Position numbers and translations under genes: made by a program. From the NCBI GenBank assembly GCA_016707485.1, contig JADJHN010000003.1, forward strand, positions 363,770 to 427,769: 64,000 nucleotides of DNA. Direction: 5' to 3'. Under the pieces are notes generated by a model. It did not search any database and was not told the DNA's origin. It was given only the letters and a program-made list of their open reading frames with translations. Each line of letters begins with the position of its first letter. Position 1 is the stretch's first letter. The stretch is from Lysobacterales bacterium. Lineage in GTDB: Bacteria > Pseudomonadota > Gammaproteobacteria > Xanthomonadales > Rhodanobacteraceae. Below are positions 29,383-41,608 of the stretch, piece by piece.

Positions 29383-29787
29383 GTGCAGAGCTTCGAGCAG
29401 ATCCGTTCCCATGTAAGCAACCTGCACGCGTTGCGTACCAATGATCCATACCTGATCAGCTTCGACCTGACCCTTGCCGACAACCGTCAACAAGGCATCT
29501 ACCTGGCCGAAATGGAAGGCGAGAATGAGCAGAAGTTCCTGCGCATATCGACACCGGTCGGACCGGCCACCGGAGTCGATGCCACGCGCTGCATGCGCTT
29601 CAACTGGGAACAACGCACCGGCTTCCTCGCCATCAGCGACCTGGACGGATCGCCCTACCTGCACCTCATTGAAAACCGCCCTTATACAATGTTGCAGCGG
29701 GATGAACTCGATCGCCTGATCAATGAACTCGGCCAGCTTGGCGATCGCTTGGAGCAGGCCATGTCAAGCGGCGGTGATTCCTTCTGA
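29383..29787 (+). CDS. Hypothetical protein, YbjN/T3SS-chaperone-like fold candidate
   Basis: GGGAG RBS plus GTG; 134 aa; RQQGIYL, FLRISTPVG, C-terminal helix ELGQLGDRLEQAMSSGGDSF. Confidence 0.6.
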   Translation: MQSFEQIRSHVSNLHALRTNDPYLISFDLTLADNRQQGIYLAEMEGENEQKFLRISTPVGPATGVDATRCMRFNWEQRTGFLAISDLDGSPYLHLIENRPYTMLQRDELDRLINELGQLGDRLEQAMSSGGDSF

Positions 29788-29795
29788 CGGGATCA

Positions 29796-30932
29796 TCAGG
29801 CCAGGTCGAAAACCTGCAACAGACGCACCATCAACCAGGCCAGCAAGCCGGTGATCGGGATGGTCAGGATCCACGCCCAGACCATGCGTTCGACCACGGT
29901 CCAGCGGATTGCCGAAAGGCGCTTGGCCGCGCCGACACCCATGATCGCCGCCGAAATATTGTGCGTCGTCGACACCGGGATGCCGAAGTGCGAGGCAGCG
30001 ATGATCACGCTTGCCGAAGCTGTTTCGGCAGCCACGCCATTGACCGGATGCAGCTTGACCAGTTTGTGGCCGAGCGTGCGGATGATGCGCCAGCCGCCCA
30101 TGGCCGTGCCTGCAGCCATGGTCACCGCGCACAACACCTTGATCCACAGCGCGATCGGGAACTGCTGGTTTGCATCTTCCTCGATTCGCAGGAACGAGAG
30201 CCAATCTGGCAAGCCGTCCATGGTACCAGTCGATGTCGCGCCGACCAGGGCCAGGGCGATGATGCCCATGGTTTTCTGGGCATCGTTCATGCCGTGGGAA
30301 AGGCCCATCGCGCTGGCCGAGATCATCTGCATCTTGCCGAAGAACCCGTTGAGAAAGCGCGGTCGGCCGAATTTCTGCAAACCGCCACTTCTTGATCCGA
30401 GCCAACTGGTGATGGCGAACAGCGCGCCCATCATGGCGAAGCCGAGGACGAAGCCGAGCAGCGGCGAACTGAACATCGGCAGGACGACCTTCGGCAGCAG
30501 GCCCTTGCCTTGCCACCAGTGCTCGCCGCCCTGCCACCAGATGATCGAGGACCAGTTGTTGTGCGCAGCCGCGAGCGCCGCGCCGCAGAGGCCGCCGACA
30601 AGGGCATGCGAGGAGCTGGATGGCAAACCCCACCACCAGGTGATCAGATCCCAGATGACCGCGCCGAGCAGCGCGCAGATAAGCACCTGCGGCGTCACCG
30701 CGACGATGCCGAGATCAATCAGTCCGGAGGCGATGGTCTTGGCCACCGCCGTGCCCCACAACGCTCCGATCAGGTTGGTGAATGCCGCCAGCGCGACGGC
30801 CTGACCAGGGCTGAGGACCTTGGTGGCGACCACGGTCGCGATGGAATTGGCGGTATCGTGAAAACCGTTGATGTACTCGAAGACGAGCGCCACCAGAATG
30901 ACGAGCAGGACCAGGCTGAGGCTCAAGGTCAC
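29796..30932 (-). CDS. PiT-family inorganic phosphate transporter
   Basis: INGFHDTANSIAT, GLPSSSSHAL, SHGMNDAQK, GIPVSTTH. Confidence 0.95.
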   Translation of the reverse strand: MTLSLSLVLLVILVALVFEYINGFHDTANSIATVVATKVLSPGQAVALAAFTNLIGALWGTAVAKTIASGLIDLGIVAVTPQVLICALLGAVIWDLITWWWGLPSSSSHALVGGLCGAALAAAHNNWSSIIWWQGGEHWWQGKGLLPKVVLPMFSSPLLGFVLGFAMMGALFAITSWLGSRSGGLQKFGRPRFLNGFFGKMQMISASAMGLSHGMNDAQKTMGIIALALVGATSTGTMDGLPDWLSFLRIEEDANQQFPIALWIKVLCAVTMAAGTAMGGWRIIRTLGHKLVKLHPVNGVAAETASASVIIAASHFGIPVSTTHNISAAIMGVGAAKRLSAIRWTVVERMVWAWILTIPITGLLAWLMVRLLQVFDLA

Positions 30933-30953
30933 GGAGATTCCTCGCCAGGCAGG

Positions 30954-31583
30954 TCAGGAGTTTTTCAGGGCAATTTGATAGATCACATTGCCGGCGTCGC
31001 GGCAGCGATCGATCGCTTTTTCCAGCAACTCGAACAGGTCCCTGCGCACCATCAGTCTTGCCGCATCGGCGGCATCCGAGAACAGGCGCTTGTAGAGATC
31101 CAGGAGGAGACGATCCGCCTCCGATTCAATCGATTGCATGCTTTCGTTGAGGCCGTGCATGACATCGAGCTTGATGCCGCCACGCAACTCGCCAACCATC
31201 TTGACGATCACCTCGCAGGCACGCTCGAGCATGGCCGATTGCGAGCTGTAGTCGACATCGGCCAGGCGATCGGCAAACAGCGCATAGCGCTCGGCAAACT
31301 TTTCCACGGTCTTCGGAATCTTGTACAAGGCTCCGGCCAGGGCTTCGATGTCCTCGCGCTCCAGCGCGGTCACGAAGGTATTGACGAGTTCCAGGTTGAT
31401 CTGTGCAAACAGGTCCTTTTCGCGTCGGCGCGCCATCCTGAAGCCGTCCAGGGCCGGCGTCTCGGCGCCCTCGGCAAGCATCTTGCCGAGCGCCCGCGCA
31501 CTGAGCAGGGCGGCTTCGGCGCTGGCTTCGAGCAAGCCATAGAACTTGTCGCCCTTGCCAAAGATTGTCTGCAACGAAAACAT
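30954..31583 (-). CDS. DUF47 (PhoU-like) PiT accessory protein
   Basis: FVTALEREDIEAL, IESEADRL, DRCRDAGN; directly upstream of the PiT gene. Confidence 0.9.
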   Translation of the reverse strand: MFSLQTIFGKGDKFYGLLEASAEAALLSARALGKMLAEGAETPALDGFRMARRREKDLFAQINLELVNTFVTALEREDIEALAGALYKIPKTVEKFAERYALFADRLADVDYSSQSAMLERACEVIVKMVGELRGGIKLDVMHGLNESMQSIESEADRLLLDLYKRLFSDAADAARLMVRRDLFELLEKAIDRCRDAGNVIYQIALKNS

Positions 31584-31657
31584 GCGGTCGCTCCGAAACG
31601 GGCTGAAAGGGTGATTCCCCGGGCTGCGACCACGATTCCCGGGGCAGCGGAGGGCGC

Positions 31658-31677
31658 ATGTTACAACATTGTTTCAG
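31658..31677 (-). promoter_or_regulatory. Candidate Pho box upstream of DUF47-PiT
   Basis: Minus strand CTGAAACAATG TTGTAACAT, 11-bp periodicity, about 75 bp upstream of the ATG at 31583. Confidence 0.45.
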
Positions 31678-31709
31678 CTGCAATCGCGCGACGGGACGCG
31701 CAGCGGCAC

Positions 31710-32471
31710 TCACTTGCGCCGGGCAAGGCCGGCGCTGCGCTGGACATCGGCAAGAATCCCGCGCAGGACGCGCAGCTCGCGCTGGTCGGGAGCCGCACGC
31801 AGGAAAAAACGCCGCAACCTTTGCATGATCGTGCGCTCGGAGCGGCCCTTGTGAAAATCGATGTCATGGAGGGTGGTCGCAAGATGCTCGAAGAATCCTT
31901 CCAGTTCCGCGGCCGTCGAGGGTGGATCGGCATTGCCCTGTCGCTGCGGACTGCCCTCAAGCCGGGCCATGCGCAACTCGTAGGCGACCACCTGCACGGC
32001 CTGGGCCAGATTCAACGACGAGTAGCCCGGATCACTCGGAATATGCACGGCAGCGTGGCATAGCTTGATCTCGTCGTTGCTGAGCCCGGATTGTTCGTTG
32101 CCGAAAACAAGGGCAACCTCGCGCCCTTGCGCGGCCGCATCAAGAGCACGGCGCGCAGCCATGCGCGGGTTCAACTCCTCCAGGGCGACGCCGCGCAAGC
32201 GCGCGGTCGCGCCGAGAACGAGGTTGCACTCGGCAACGGCTTCGCGCAGGGAATCGAAGCGCTCGGCGGCTTCCAGGACATCGTCGGCACCTGCCGCCAT
32301 CTTGTACGCATCCATGTGCGGGTATTCCGCAGGCGCGACCAGCGACAGCCGACGAAAGCCCATCGTGCGGATTGCCCTGGCGGCGCTGCCGATATTGCCC
32401 GGATGCGAGGTTCGGGCGAGGACGAATCGCACGCGCGAAAGCGCCAACGGCTGCTCGGGAACATCGGTCAC
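31710..32471 (-). CDS. trmJ: tRNA (cytidine/uridine-2'-O)-methyltransferase, SPOUT family
   Basis: RTSHPGNIGSAARA, VFGNEQSGLSN, SSLNLAQAVQ; divergent from suhB. Confidence 0.92.
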   Translation of the reverse strand: MTDVPEQPLALSRVRFVLARTSHPGNIGSAARAIRTMGFRRLSLVAPAEYPHMDAYKMAAGADDVLEAAERFDSLREAVAECNLVLGATARLRGVALEELNPRMAARRALDAAAQGREVALVFGNEQSGLSNDEIKLCHAAVHIPSDPGYSSLNLAQAVQVVAYELRMARLEGSPQRQGNADPPSTAAELEGFFEHLATTLHDIDFHKGRSERTIMQRLRRFFLRAAPDQRELRVLRGILADVQRSAGLARRK

Positions 32472-32603
32472 GGTTGTTCATTCCTCATGGTTTCCCGGCT
32501 CCTGTTTGTCGAGGTGACGCCGGATTTGCTACCCTTCCGCGCCGCACGCGCCCCGATGCGCGCTGCACTTGCTCTTTTTCAGTCCACTTCCGATGGAACC
32601 AAC

Positions 32604-33404
32604 ATGCCCAGACCTGCCGTGAATGTGGCGGTGCGCGCCGCGCGTGCCGCAGGCCAGATCATTTTGCGCTACATGAATCGCATCGAGAGCCTTGCCATTG
32701 TCGAAAAACAACGCATGGATTTCGCTTCGGAAGTGGATCGGGCCGCGGAGGCCGAGATCATACGCGAGCTGAAGCGCGCATTTCCCGGCCACGCCATCCT
32801 CGCCGAGGAATCCGGTGCCCAAGGCAAGGGCAAGCACGTCTGGGTCATCGACCCGCTGGATGGCACGCACAACTACCTGCGCGGCTTTCCGCATTTCTGC
32901 GTATCCATCGGCATGCTCGAAAACGGCGAGCCGATGCATGGCGTTGTCTACGACCCGCTGCGTGACGAGCTGTTCACCGCAAGTCGGGGCGATGGCGCCT
33001 ATTTGAATGACCGGCGCATCCGCACCAGTGCGCGGAATGACCTCGAAGGAGCATTGCTGACCACGGGTTTTCCGTACCGGCAACGCGCCCATCTCGACGC
33101 ACAGATTGAGATGACCCGCGCCCTGCTCGGCCAGGCCGAGGACATCCGCCGCACGGGTTCGGCGGCGCTTGATCTGGCCTACGTCGCCAATGGTCGCATT
33201 GATGGCTATTACGAGATCGGATTGAAGCCGTGGGACATGGCCGCAGGCTGTCTGCTGGTGCGCGAGGCCGGTGGCCGCTATTGCGACTTCGTCGGCCGTG
33301 AAGGCATCCCTGAAAGCGGCAATTTGATCGCAGGCGGCCACAAGGTAGTCGACTCGATCATCAGGACCATCGCGCCCCAGTTGACGCCCGCGCTGGCGCG
33401 CTGA
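32604..33404 (+). CDS. suhB: Inositol monophosphatase-family protein
   Basis: ILAEE, WVIDPLDGTHNY, RRTGSAALDLAYVA, WDMAAG. Confidence 0.95.
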   Translation: MPRPAVNVAVRAARAAGQIILRYMNRIESLAIVEKQRMDFASEVDRAAEAEIIRELKRAFPGHAILAEESGAQGKGKHVWVIDPLDGTHNYLRGFPHFCVSIGMLENGEPMHGVVYDPLRDELFTASRGDGAYLNDRRIRTSARNDLEGALLTTGFPYRQRAHLDAQIEMTRALLGQAEDIRRTGSAALDLAYVANGRIDGYYEIGLKPWDMAAGCLLVREAGGRYCDFVGREGIPESGNLIAGGHKVVDSIIRTIAPQLTPALAR

Positions 33405-33444
33405 CCCGATTCAGGCAACCTGCCCTTGCGGGATTTGCGCAAAG

Positions 33445-33472
33445 AAAAAGCCCGGCTTGCGCCGGGCTTTTT
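33445..33472. terminator. Bidirectional intrinsic terminator (suhB/ompA)
   Basis: aaaaagcccggc-ttgc-gccgggcttttt. Confidence 0.9.
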
Positions 33473-33502
33473 GCGTGTCACTCGAACGATATTGCCAGTC
33501 GA

Positions 33503-34564
33503 TTACTGACCGTCAACTGCAAGCTCGGTGCGGCGGTTGCGCGCACGGCCTTCCTTGGTGTCGTTCGTATCGATCGGGTTGCTCTCGCCAAAACCCTTGA
33601 CGCCGGAGATCTGGCTGGCATTGACGCCATGCGAGGTCAGGTAGTCATAGACGATCTGCGCGCGGCGCTCCGAAAGCTTCTGGTTGTACTCGTCACTGCC
33701 GATGGAATCGGTGTGCCCATCGAGTTCGACGCGCACGTTCGGATTGCGGCTGAGCACATCAACGGCCTGATCGAGAATCGCGATCGAATCCGCAGTCGGT
33801 TCCTGCAGCGACGGGGTGATGTCCTTTTCGTTCGAACGCGGGCGGTCGAACTTGAAGTTGACGCCACGCAGGTCGATGACGACCGGAGTTGCGGCGGGTT
33901 CTTCCGTTGCGGCTTCCGGCGGCGGCGGGGGCGGCGGCGGTGCGGCTGCCGGCTCCGGCTCGGCTGCGGCTGCGCCACCGAAACCGATGGTCAGGCCGAC
34001 CGAGACGATTCCGTCGACATAGTGGTTGTAGTCGCCGGCACCCGGGAACTGGCCACGCAGGCTGTTGTTGTCGTGGTCATAGCGGGCAGCCAGCTCGCCA
34101 CGCAGGGCGACGCGCTCGTTGAAGTTGTACTGGATACCGCCACCAACGGTGGCCATCGGATCCCAACCATCATGCTGCACGGTGCCCGAATACGCCGCGT
34201 GACGAACGGCACCCAGGCCGCCGAGCACGTACGGGCGCCATGCGGAACCCTGGTCACCGAAGAACCAGCGACCGGTCACACCGAGGCTGACGCTTTCCCA
34301 CTCGTGACCGGCGCGGAACGAATCGTTCTGGAAGTCGGCATCGTTGTGGGCGATCTCTGCATCAACGGCGAAATTCGGTGAAACCCACCAGCCAATGCCA
34401 AGACCGGTGTACAGCGAGGAATCAGTGTCACGATTGCTGTCGGAGAAATTGACGCCGACGCGCGGAGCGAGATACCAGCTTCCGTCCTGCGCATAGACAG
34501 TCGACACGCCGCCACCAAGCATGGCAACTGCGATCAATGCACTCAGTGCCTTGTGTTTCATCAT
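33503..34564 (-). CDS. OmpA-family outer membrane protein (MopB-like)
   Basis: Signal peptide, 8-strand barrel, Pro-rich hinge, [29 protein letters not shown]. Confidence 0.93.
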   Translation of the reverse strand: MMKHKALSALIAVAMLGGGVSTVYAQDGSWYLAPRVGVNFSDSNRDTDSSLYTGLGIGWWVSPNFAVDAEIAHNDADFQNDSFRAGHEWESVSLGVTGRWFFGDQGSAWRPYVLGGLGAVRHAAYSGTVQHDGWDPMATVGGGIQYNFNERVALRGELAARYDHDNNSLRGQFPGAGDYNHYVDGIVSVGLTIGFGGAAAAEPEPAAAPPPPPPPPEAATEEPAATPVVIDLRGVNFKFDRPRSNEKDITPSLQEPTADSIAILDQAVDVLSRNPNVRVELDGHTDSIGSDEYNQKLSERRAQIVYDYLTSHGVNASQISGVKGFGESNPIDTNDTKEGRARNRRTELAVDGQ

Positions 34565-34788
34565 TGCGGAATCCTCATTTTTGTTTGATCCAATTTCTAC
34601 CGTCACAGCGCGACGCCAAAAGCGGACACCCTGTTGTCAGCCATCATACGATGATTCTTGGCCGGAAGAACATGATTTTAACAACAGATTCGAGTTCGAA
34701 CATGAACGGACGAAAAGCCATAATTTGCTTGCTTTTCATGGAGTTGCTGCGGAAACCCAAATGAACGCCAAGTTAAGCGCAGGTCAAA

Positions 34789-36240
34789 TCAAATCGCAAA
34801 CAAGTCTAACAGTTGATTGACCGGCATCGCTTCGAAGCGTGCCGCATCGGCACTGGCGGCGAGAATCCGGGACACATTCCGCGCCGGAAGCTGCGCCGTG
34901 ATCGCCGCCTCGAACTTCTTCAGCAAGACCGGAATGCCCTCATCGCGGCGCTTGCGGTGTCCGATCGGATAATCGATGGAAACCTTGGCAGTGCTCGTTC
35001 CGTCCTTGAAGAACACCTGCAAAGAATTGCCGATGTAGCGCTTTTCGGGATCGAAATAGTCCTTGGTGAACTGCGGATTTTCCTTGACCGTCATCTTCGC
35101 GCGCAGGGCGTCGATTCGCGGATCCGCGGCGACGTCATCATTGTAGTCATCAGCGACCAGGCGTCCGAAAATCAGCGGCACGGCAACCATGTACTGGATG
35201 CAATGATCGCGATCAGCGTAGTTGGCCAGCGGGCCGGTCTTGTCGATGATGCGCACGCCCGCTTCCTGGGTTTCGATCTCGATGCGCTCGATCTCGTCGA
35301 TCCGCGAACCGACTTCGCCATGAAGTTGCATGGCGCATTCAACCGCGGTCTGCGCATGGAACTCGGCGGGAAAGCTGATCTTGAACAACACGTTCTCCAT
35401 GACGTAGCTGCCAAACGGGCGCTCGAACTCGAACTGCTTGCCCTTGAACGCAATGTCATAGAAACCCCATGTTTTCGCCGACAACGCCGATGGGTAGCCG
35501 ACGACATTCTTGTCGACCGCGTTGAAGGCATGGGTCACGGCGCGACGGCAGGCATCACCGGCCGCCCAGCTCTTGCGCGGCCCGGTGTTTGGCGCGTGCC
35601 GGTAGGTGCGCAGGACGCCGTTGTCGATCCAGCTGTGCGAAATGGCATTGATGATCTGCTCGCGGCTGCCGCCGAGCATGGCCGTGGCCACCGCGGTCGA
35701 CGCCAGGCGAACGAGGATCACATGATCGAGGCCGACCCGGTTGAAGCTGTTCTTCAGGGCATAGCAACCCTGGATTTCATGCGCCTTGATCGCCCAGCCC
35801 AGGACATCGCGCACGCTCAGCGGCTTGCCACCTTCGCGTTCGGCCTTGCGCGACAGGTAGTCGGCAACGGAGAGGATGGCCCCGAGGTTGTCGGACGGAT
35901 GACCCCATTCGGCAGCCAGCCAGGTGTCATTGAAATCCAGCCAGCGGATCTGCGTACCAATGGCGAATGCCGCCTGCACCGGATCGAGTTCGTGGCTGGT
36001 TCCCGGAACACGCACGCCACCAGGCAGCACGGCACCGGGAACGATCGGACCGAGATGCTTGACGCAATCGGGGAATTTCATTGCCAGCATCGAGGTGGCC
36101 AGCGAATCGAGCAGCATGTAGCGCGCCGTGTCGTAGGCTTCGGGCGAATCGATGACGTAATCGACAATGTAGTTGGCGATATCGACCATGGGCTGATCGG
36201 GATCCGGCCGAACGGCCGAGCGGATGTCATGTCCGGACAT
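34789..36240 (-). CDS. prpD: 2-methylcitrate dehydratase
   Basis: RWLDFNDTWLAAEWGHPSDN, GLDHVILV, FKISFPAEFHAQTAVE, DRDHCIQY. Confidence 0.96.
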   Translation of the reverse strand: MSGHDIRSAVRPDPDQPMVDIANYIVDYVIDSPEAYDTARYMLLDSLATSMLAMKFPDCVKHLGPIVPGAVLPGGVRVPGTSHELDPVQAAFAIGTQIRWLDFNDTWLAAEWGHPSDNLGAILSVADYLSRKAEREGGKPLSVRDVLGWAIKAHEIQGCYALKNSFNRVGLDHVILVRLASTAVATAMLGGSREQIINAISHSWIDNGVLRTYRHAPNTGPRKSWAAGDACRRAVTHAFNAVDKNVVGYPSALSAKTWGFYDIAFKGKQFEFERPFGSYVMENVLFKISFPAEFHAQTAVECAMQLHGEVGSRIDEIERIEIETQEAGVRIIDKTGPLANYADRDHCIQYMVAVPLIFGRLVADDYNDDVAADPRIDALRAKMTVKENPQFTKDYFDPEKRYIGNSLQVFFKDGTSTAKVSIDYPIGHRKRRDEGIPVLLKKFEAAITAQLPARNVSRILAASADAARFEAMPVNQLLDLFAI

Positions 36241-36431
36241 GGGGGAGTTCCGTTGGGTTGGGAAGCATGTGTACGCGCCGGGGGCGCTGTTGCAGTCCGC
36301 TATTGTGCCAGATGGACATCGGCAAGCCGACTGGAGAGCAATGTCGCCTCGGGGTGACTGACGATCCGGCGGGCATGGCTGGTTGCGCTTGCCCCGCAGG
36401 CGTCCGGCTGGCATCTTGAACGATCGTTTGA

Positions 36432-38465
<2,034 letters not shown>

Positions 38466-38653
38466 AGCAACACTGATCAAGGTCAACGATGCCGGATGGG
38501 CGTATTGCGTTTTCGACGTTATCCGCCCAGCTGGTTTGTGCAATTCATTCGGCGCAAAATGCCGAGCGGATCACACTCTCCTGCTCGCCCGTGTCACGAT
38601 TCGACGCGGTTTTGCGATTTAGCATCCACGGAATCTTCAGTGGAGTCACGGTC

Positions 38654-41545
38654 ATGCCCTGCACAGCGTTTCGTCGCGTTTCGCTCATAGGCGGCTTGGT
38701 TGCCGCATTTTTCACCTCGGCGGCACTGGCCGCGGTCGGAACCTGGAGCACCACCGGCCCCTATGGCGGCTCGAATTACCTGCTCAAGGTCTACGAACCC
38801 GGTCCAAGCACGTTGTTCGCCGCTGGCCGCGGCGGCCTGTTCCGCAGCTATAGCAGCGGAGGCACATGGGAGCGGATCGAGGTTGGCTTGCCGGAGGCGG
38901 TCTATGTGAACGCGATGGACACGAGCACGATCGCGCCGGTTGTCTACCTGTCCACCTATGCGGGTTTGTATCGAACCGGCAACGCCGGTGATTTGTGGGT
39001 GCCGATCAGTACTCCGCTGTCAGGCGACAACGTCACACTCGATGTCAGCGTGCAGCGCGCCACCAGCAACAACATCGCCATCGCAACCACGGCCGGCGCC
39101 TATGTCTCGACCAATGCAGGCAGCACCTGGACAGGTCCTGGCGCGTCCGCGAGTGGTGGCGGTTACAGCAAGATCGTCTTCGCCGCCGATGGCTCGCTGT
39201 ATCTCGGCATCCAGTATGCGGATCCCGGCATTTTCAGCGGCGCGACCTTGCTCAAGAGCACCGATGGTGGCGGCACGTGGGCACCCCTCGCCACGCAGCC
39301 ACCTGGCTTGTGGGGCATTGATCAGCTATCGGTTTCTCCAGCCGATCCGCAACGGGTCTTTGCCAGTGACGGCGCAACCATGGTAACCAGCGGCAATGGC
39401 GGCAGCACCTGGTCGACAGTCACTTTGCCCGCCAGCGGATCCGGTTGCCAGCAAGTGGTGGCGATTACGCCGAGTCCTGCATCGGCCACTGGGGCGTTTG
39501 TCGGCTGCAGATCGAATGGTGTGCATTTTGCTGCGGACGTGATGCTTCCCGCTCCGGCTTGGACGGACTGGACTGCGGCCAACGCACTGACCGCCAATGG
39601 AACCGATCCGGTCCAGGCTAGCGAGATCGCCGTACATCCCGGCTACCCGACGACGCCCACGCTATGGACTGGAACCATCGATGCCGGCGTGTTCCGCTCG
39701 ACCAATGGCGGCACCGCCTGGGCACCGGTCAACAACGGCTACCAATCCGCCAACATCCGTGCACTCGCGCCGCATCCGCTGGATCAAAGTGCATCGGGCG
39801 CAGTCCTGCTGGCAGGCTACGGCGATGCATTCTCCACCGCGACGCCTGTCTACAAGTCGTCGGACGGCGGTGCGAGCTGGGCTGCATCGCTGGGGGGGCT
39901 CAACGCGGAGCAGATCCGTTCTATGGTGATCGATCCGACCACCGTCGACAACACCCTGACCACCTCCGAGTCCTTCACCGTGTATGCCTCGGGCCGTTCG
40001 GAACGCATTCCCACGCCGGCAAGCCGCGACGGTGGCATCTACAAGAGCACCGATGCGGGAGCAACCTGGACGACCATCGACAATGGCATCGCCACCGTTT
40101 CCGGAACGCGATACCTGGGCACGGCGCGTGCGATTGTGTTGGACCCGAATTCCTGTGCGAGCCCTCCCTGCGTTGCCGGGTCGAGTCCACTGCAAACGCT
40201 GTATGTGGCCGGCACCGGAGTTCCGGCTGAACCCGGACTGCCTTATCAATCCGCCCGGGTCTACAAGAGCACCAATGCAGGCGCTTCATGGGTGGCCTCG
40301 GAGAGTGGCTTGCCAACCACCGAAGATCTTGGGCCTCCAGGAACATTCAACTACGTCTACCGGATTGTCGTTCCCCTGGTGATCGACCCGGCCAACCCGT
40401 CCACGCTGTACCTGGGTACGACCACCTCCTGGAATGCCGAGTCTTTCGGCGGCGTTTTCCCGACCGCCGCCAATGGCGTCTTCAAGTCCACCAATGGCGG
40501 CGCAACCTGGGTCAACTCCAGCAACGGCCTGCCACGCTTTGGTGGACCCGGGACCTCGCATTACGACGTCCTGGCCCTGGCGATCAATCCGGCCAATACG
40601 CAGGTCCTCTATGCGGGGGTGACGAGCTTCGCGTACACCGGTGCCGTTGGCAGCATCTACAAGAGCACGGATGGCGGCGCCAACTGGTTCGAAACCAGCA
40701 CCGGCATCGCCGGCCAGGATGTCCGCGCCTTGTTCATCGATTCGGCCGACAGCAGCGGTGACACGATCTACGCCGGCACCGGTGGCAATGGTGCCAATCC
40801 GGGCGGCGTTTATCGCAGCACCGATGGCGGTGCCACCTGGAACTCGTTGAGCATCGGCCTTCCGGCTGACGCCGCCCTCGCCCTGACCATGCCACCACGC
40901 GCACTGGGCGCTCCGGCCCGCATCGTCGCCGGCACCACCGCCGGAGTCTGGGAATACACGGCTACGCCCGACGAAGACGCGGATGGCTCGCCTTCGGCCG
41001 TCGAAAACAGCGTGCTGGCAGGTGACGGCAATGGAGATGGCACGCCCGATGCAATGCAATCCAATGTCGCATCGACCTCCGCAAGCAGTACCAGTGCAAC
41101 AAACGCCTCGGCGCCCACGGGAACAATCGTGCGCACGACGATGGAAATTGTCTCGGCAACGTGCAGCCAGCTCAACGACAGCACGACACAACCCGCCGAT
41201 CTGTATCCACCCGATCCACTCGGCTCGGCATCGAGCCACACGCCGTGGGGACTGGTCCACTTCTCCATGCCCGACTGCAGCCAGGCTACTGTCCTTGTCA
41301 CCTTTCATGGCGCCAATTTCGGACCGGGCTGGAAATGGCGCAACTATGGTCCGCGCATCCCCGGCGATGCATCGACGTTTGGCTGGTATTCGTTCGCCGG
41401 TGCACGGCGCATCGATGGACAAACCTGGGAGCTGAAGATTGACGCCAGTCGGCAGGGCAATTATCGGGCTGATGCCAACAACATCCTGTTCATCGGTGGC
41501 CCCGGCGACCTGCCCGACTCGATCTTCGATCACGGCTTCGAATAA
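38654..41545 (+). CDS. Secreted Asp-box/BNR (VPS10/sortilin-like) beta-propeller plus choice-of-anchor-U-like domain, ending DSIFDHGFE
   Basis: GGAG RBS, signal peptide; about 12 SxDGGxTW-type repeats; DEDADG..GDGNGDG..D..QSNVAS...WRNYGP...GGPG; terminal IFxxGFE motif. Confidence 0.8.
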   Translation: MPCTAFRRVSLIGGLVAAFFTSAALAAVGTWSTTGPYGGSNYLLKVYEPGPSTLFAAGRGGLFRSYSSGGTWERIEVGLPEAVYVNAMDTSTIAPVVYLSTYAGLYRTGNAGDLWVPISTPLSGDNVTLDVSVQRATSNNIAIATTAGAYVSTNAGSTWTGPGASASGGGYSKIVFAADGSLYLGIQYADPGIFSGATLLKSTDGGGTWAPLATQPPGLWGIDQLSVSPADPQRVFASDGATMVTSGNGGSTWSTVTLPASGSGCQQVVAITPSPASATGAFVGCRSNGVHFAADVMLPAPAWTDWTAANALTANGTDPVQASEIAVHPGYPTTPTLWTGTIDAGVFRSTNGGTAWAPVNNGYQSANIRALAPHPLDQSASGAVLLAGYGDAFSTATPVYKSSDGGASWAASLGGLNAEQIRSMVIDPTTVDNTLTTSESFTVYASGRSERIPTPASRDGGIYKSTDAGATWTTIDNGIATVSGTRYLGTARAIVLDPNSCASPPCVAGSSPLQTLYVAGTGVPAEPGLPYQSARVYKSTNAGASWVASESGLPTTEDLGPPGTFNYVYRIVVPLVIDPANPSTLYLGTTTSWNAESFGGVFPTAANGVFKSTNGGATWVNSSNGLPRFGGPGTSHYDVLALAINPANTQVLYAGVTSFAYTGAVGSIYKSTDGGANWFETSTGIAGQDVRALFIDSADSSGDTIYAGTGGNGANPGGVYRSTDGGATWNSLSIGLPADAALALTMPPRALGAPARIVAGTTAGVWEYTATPDEDADGSPSAVENSVLAGDGNGDGTPDAMQSNVASTSASSTSATNASAPTGTIVRTTMEIVSATCSQLNDSTTQPADLYPPDPLGSASSHTPWGLVHFSMPDCSQATVLVTFHGANFGPGWKWRNYGPRIPGDASTFGWYSFAGARRIDGQTWELKIDASRQGNYRADANNILFIGGPGDLPDSIFDHGFE

Positions 41546-41560
41546 GCAAGCCTTGAAAGC

Positions 41561-41593
41561 GAAGGGCCTCGGAACAACATTTCGAGGCCCTTC
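41561..41593 (+). terminator. Hairpin after the propeller gene
   Basis: gaagggcctcg...cgaggcccttc, 11-bp stem, no U tract. Confidence 0.5.
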
Positions 41594-41608
41594 TGCAAGG
41601 AGTTGCGC

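Noticed and set aside
38900-40850. Recurring tacaagagcaccgatgg-like nucleotide repeats as a CRISPR or tandem array
   Set aside because: They are the in-frame coding of Asp-box motifs, with variable sequence and spacing; no cas genes are present.
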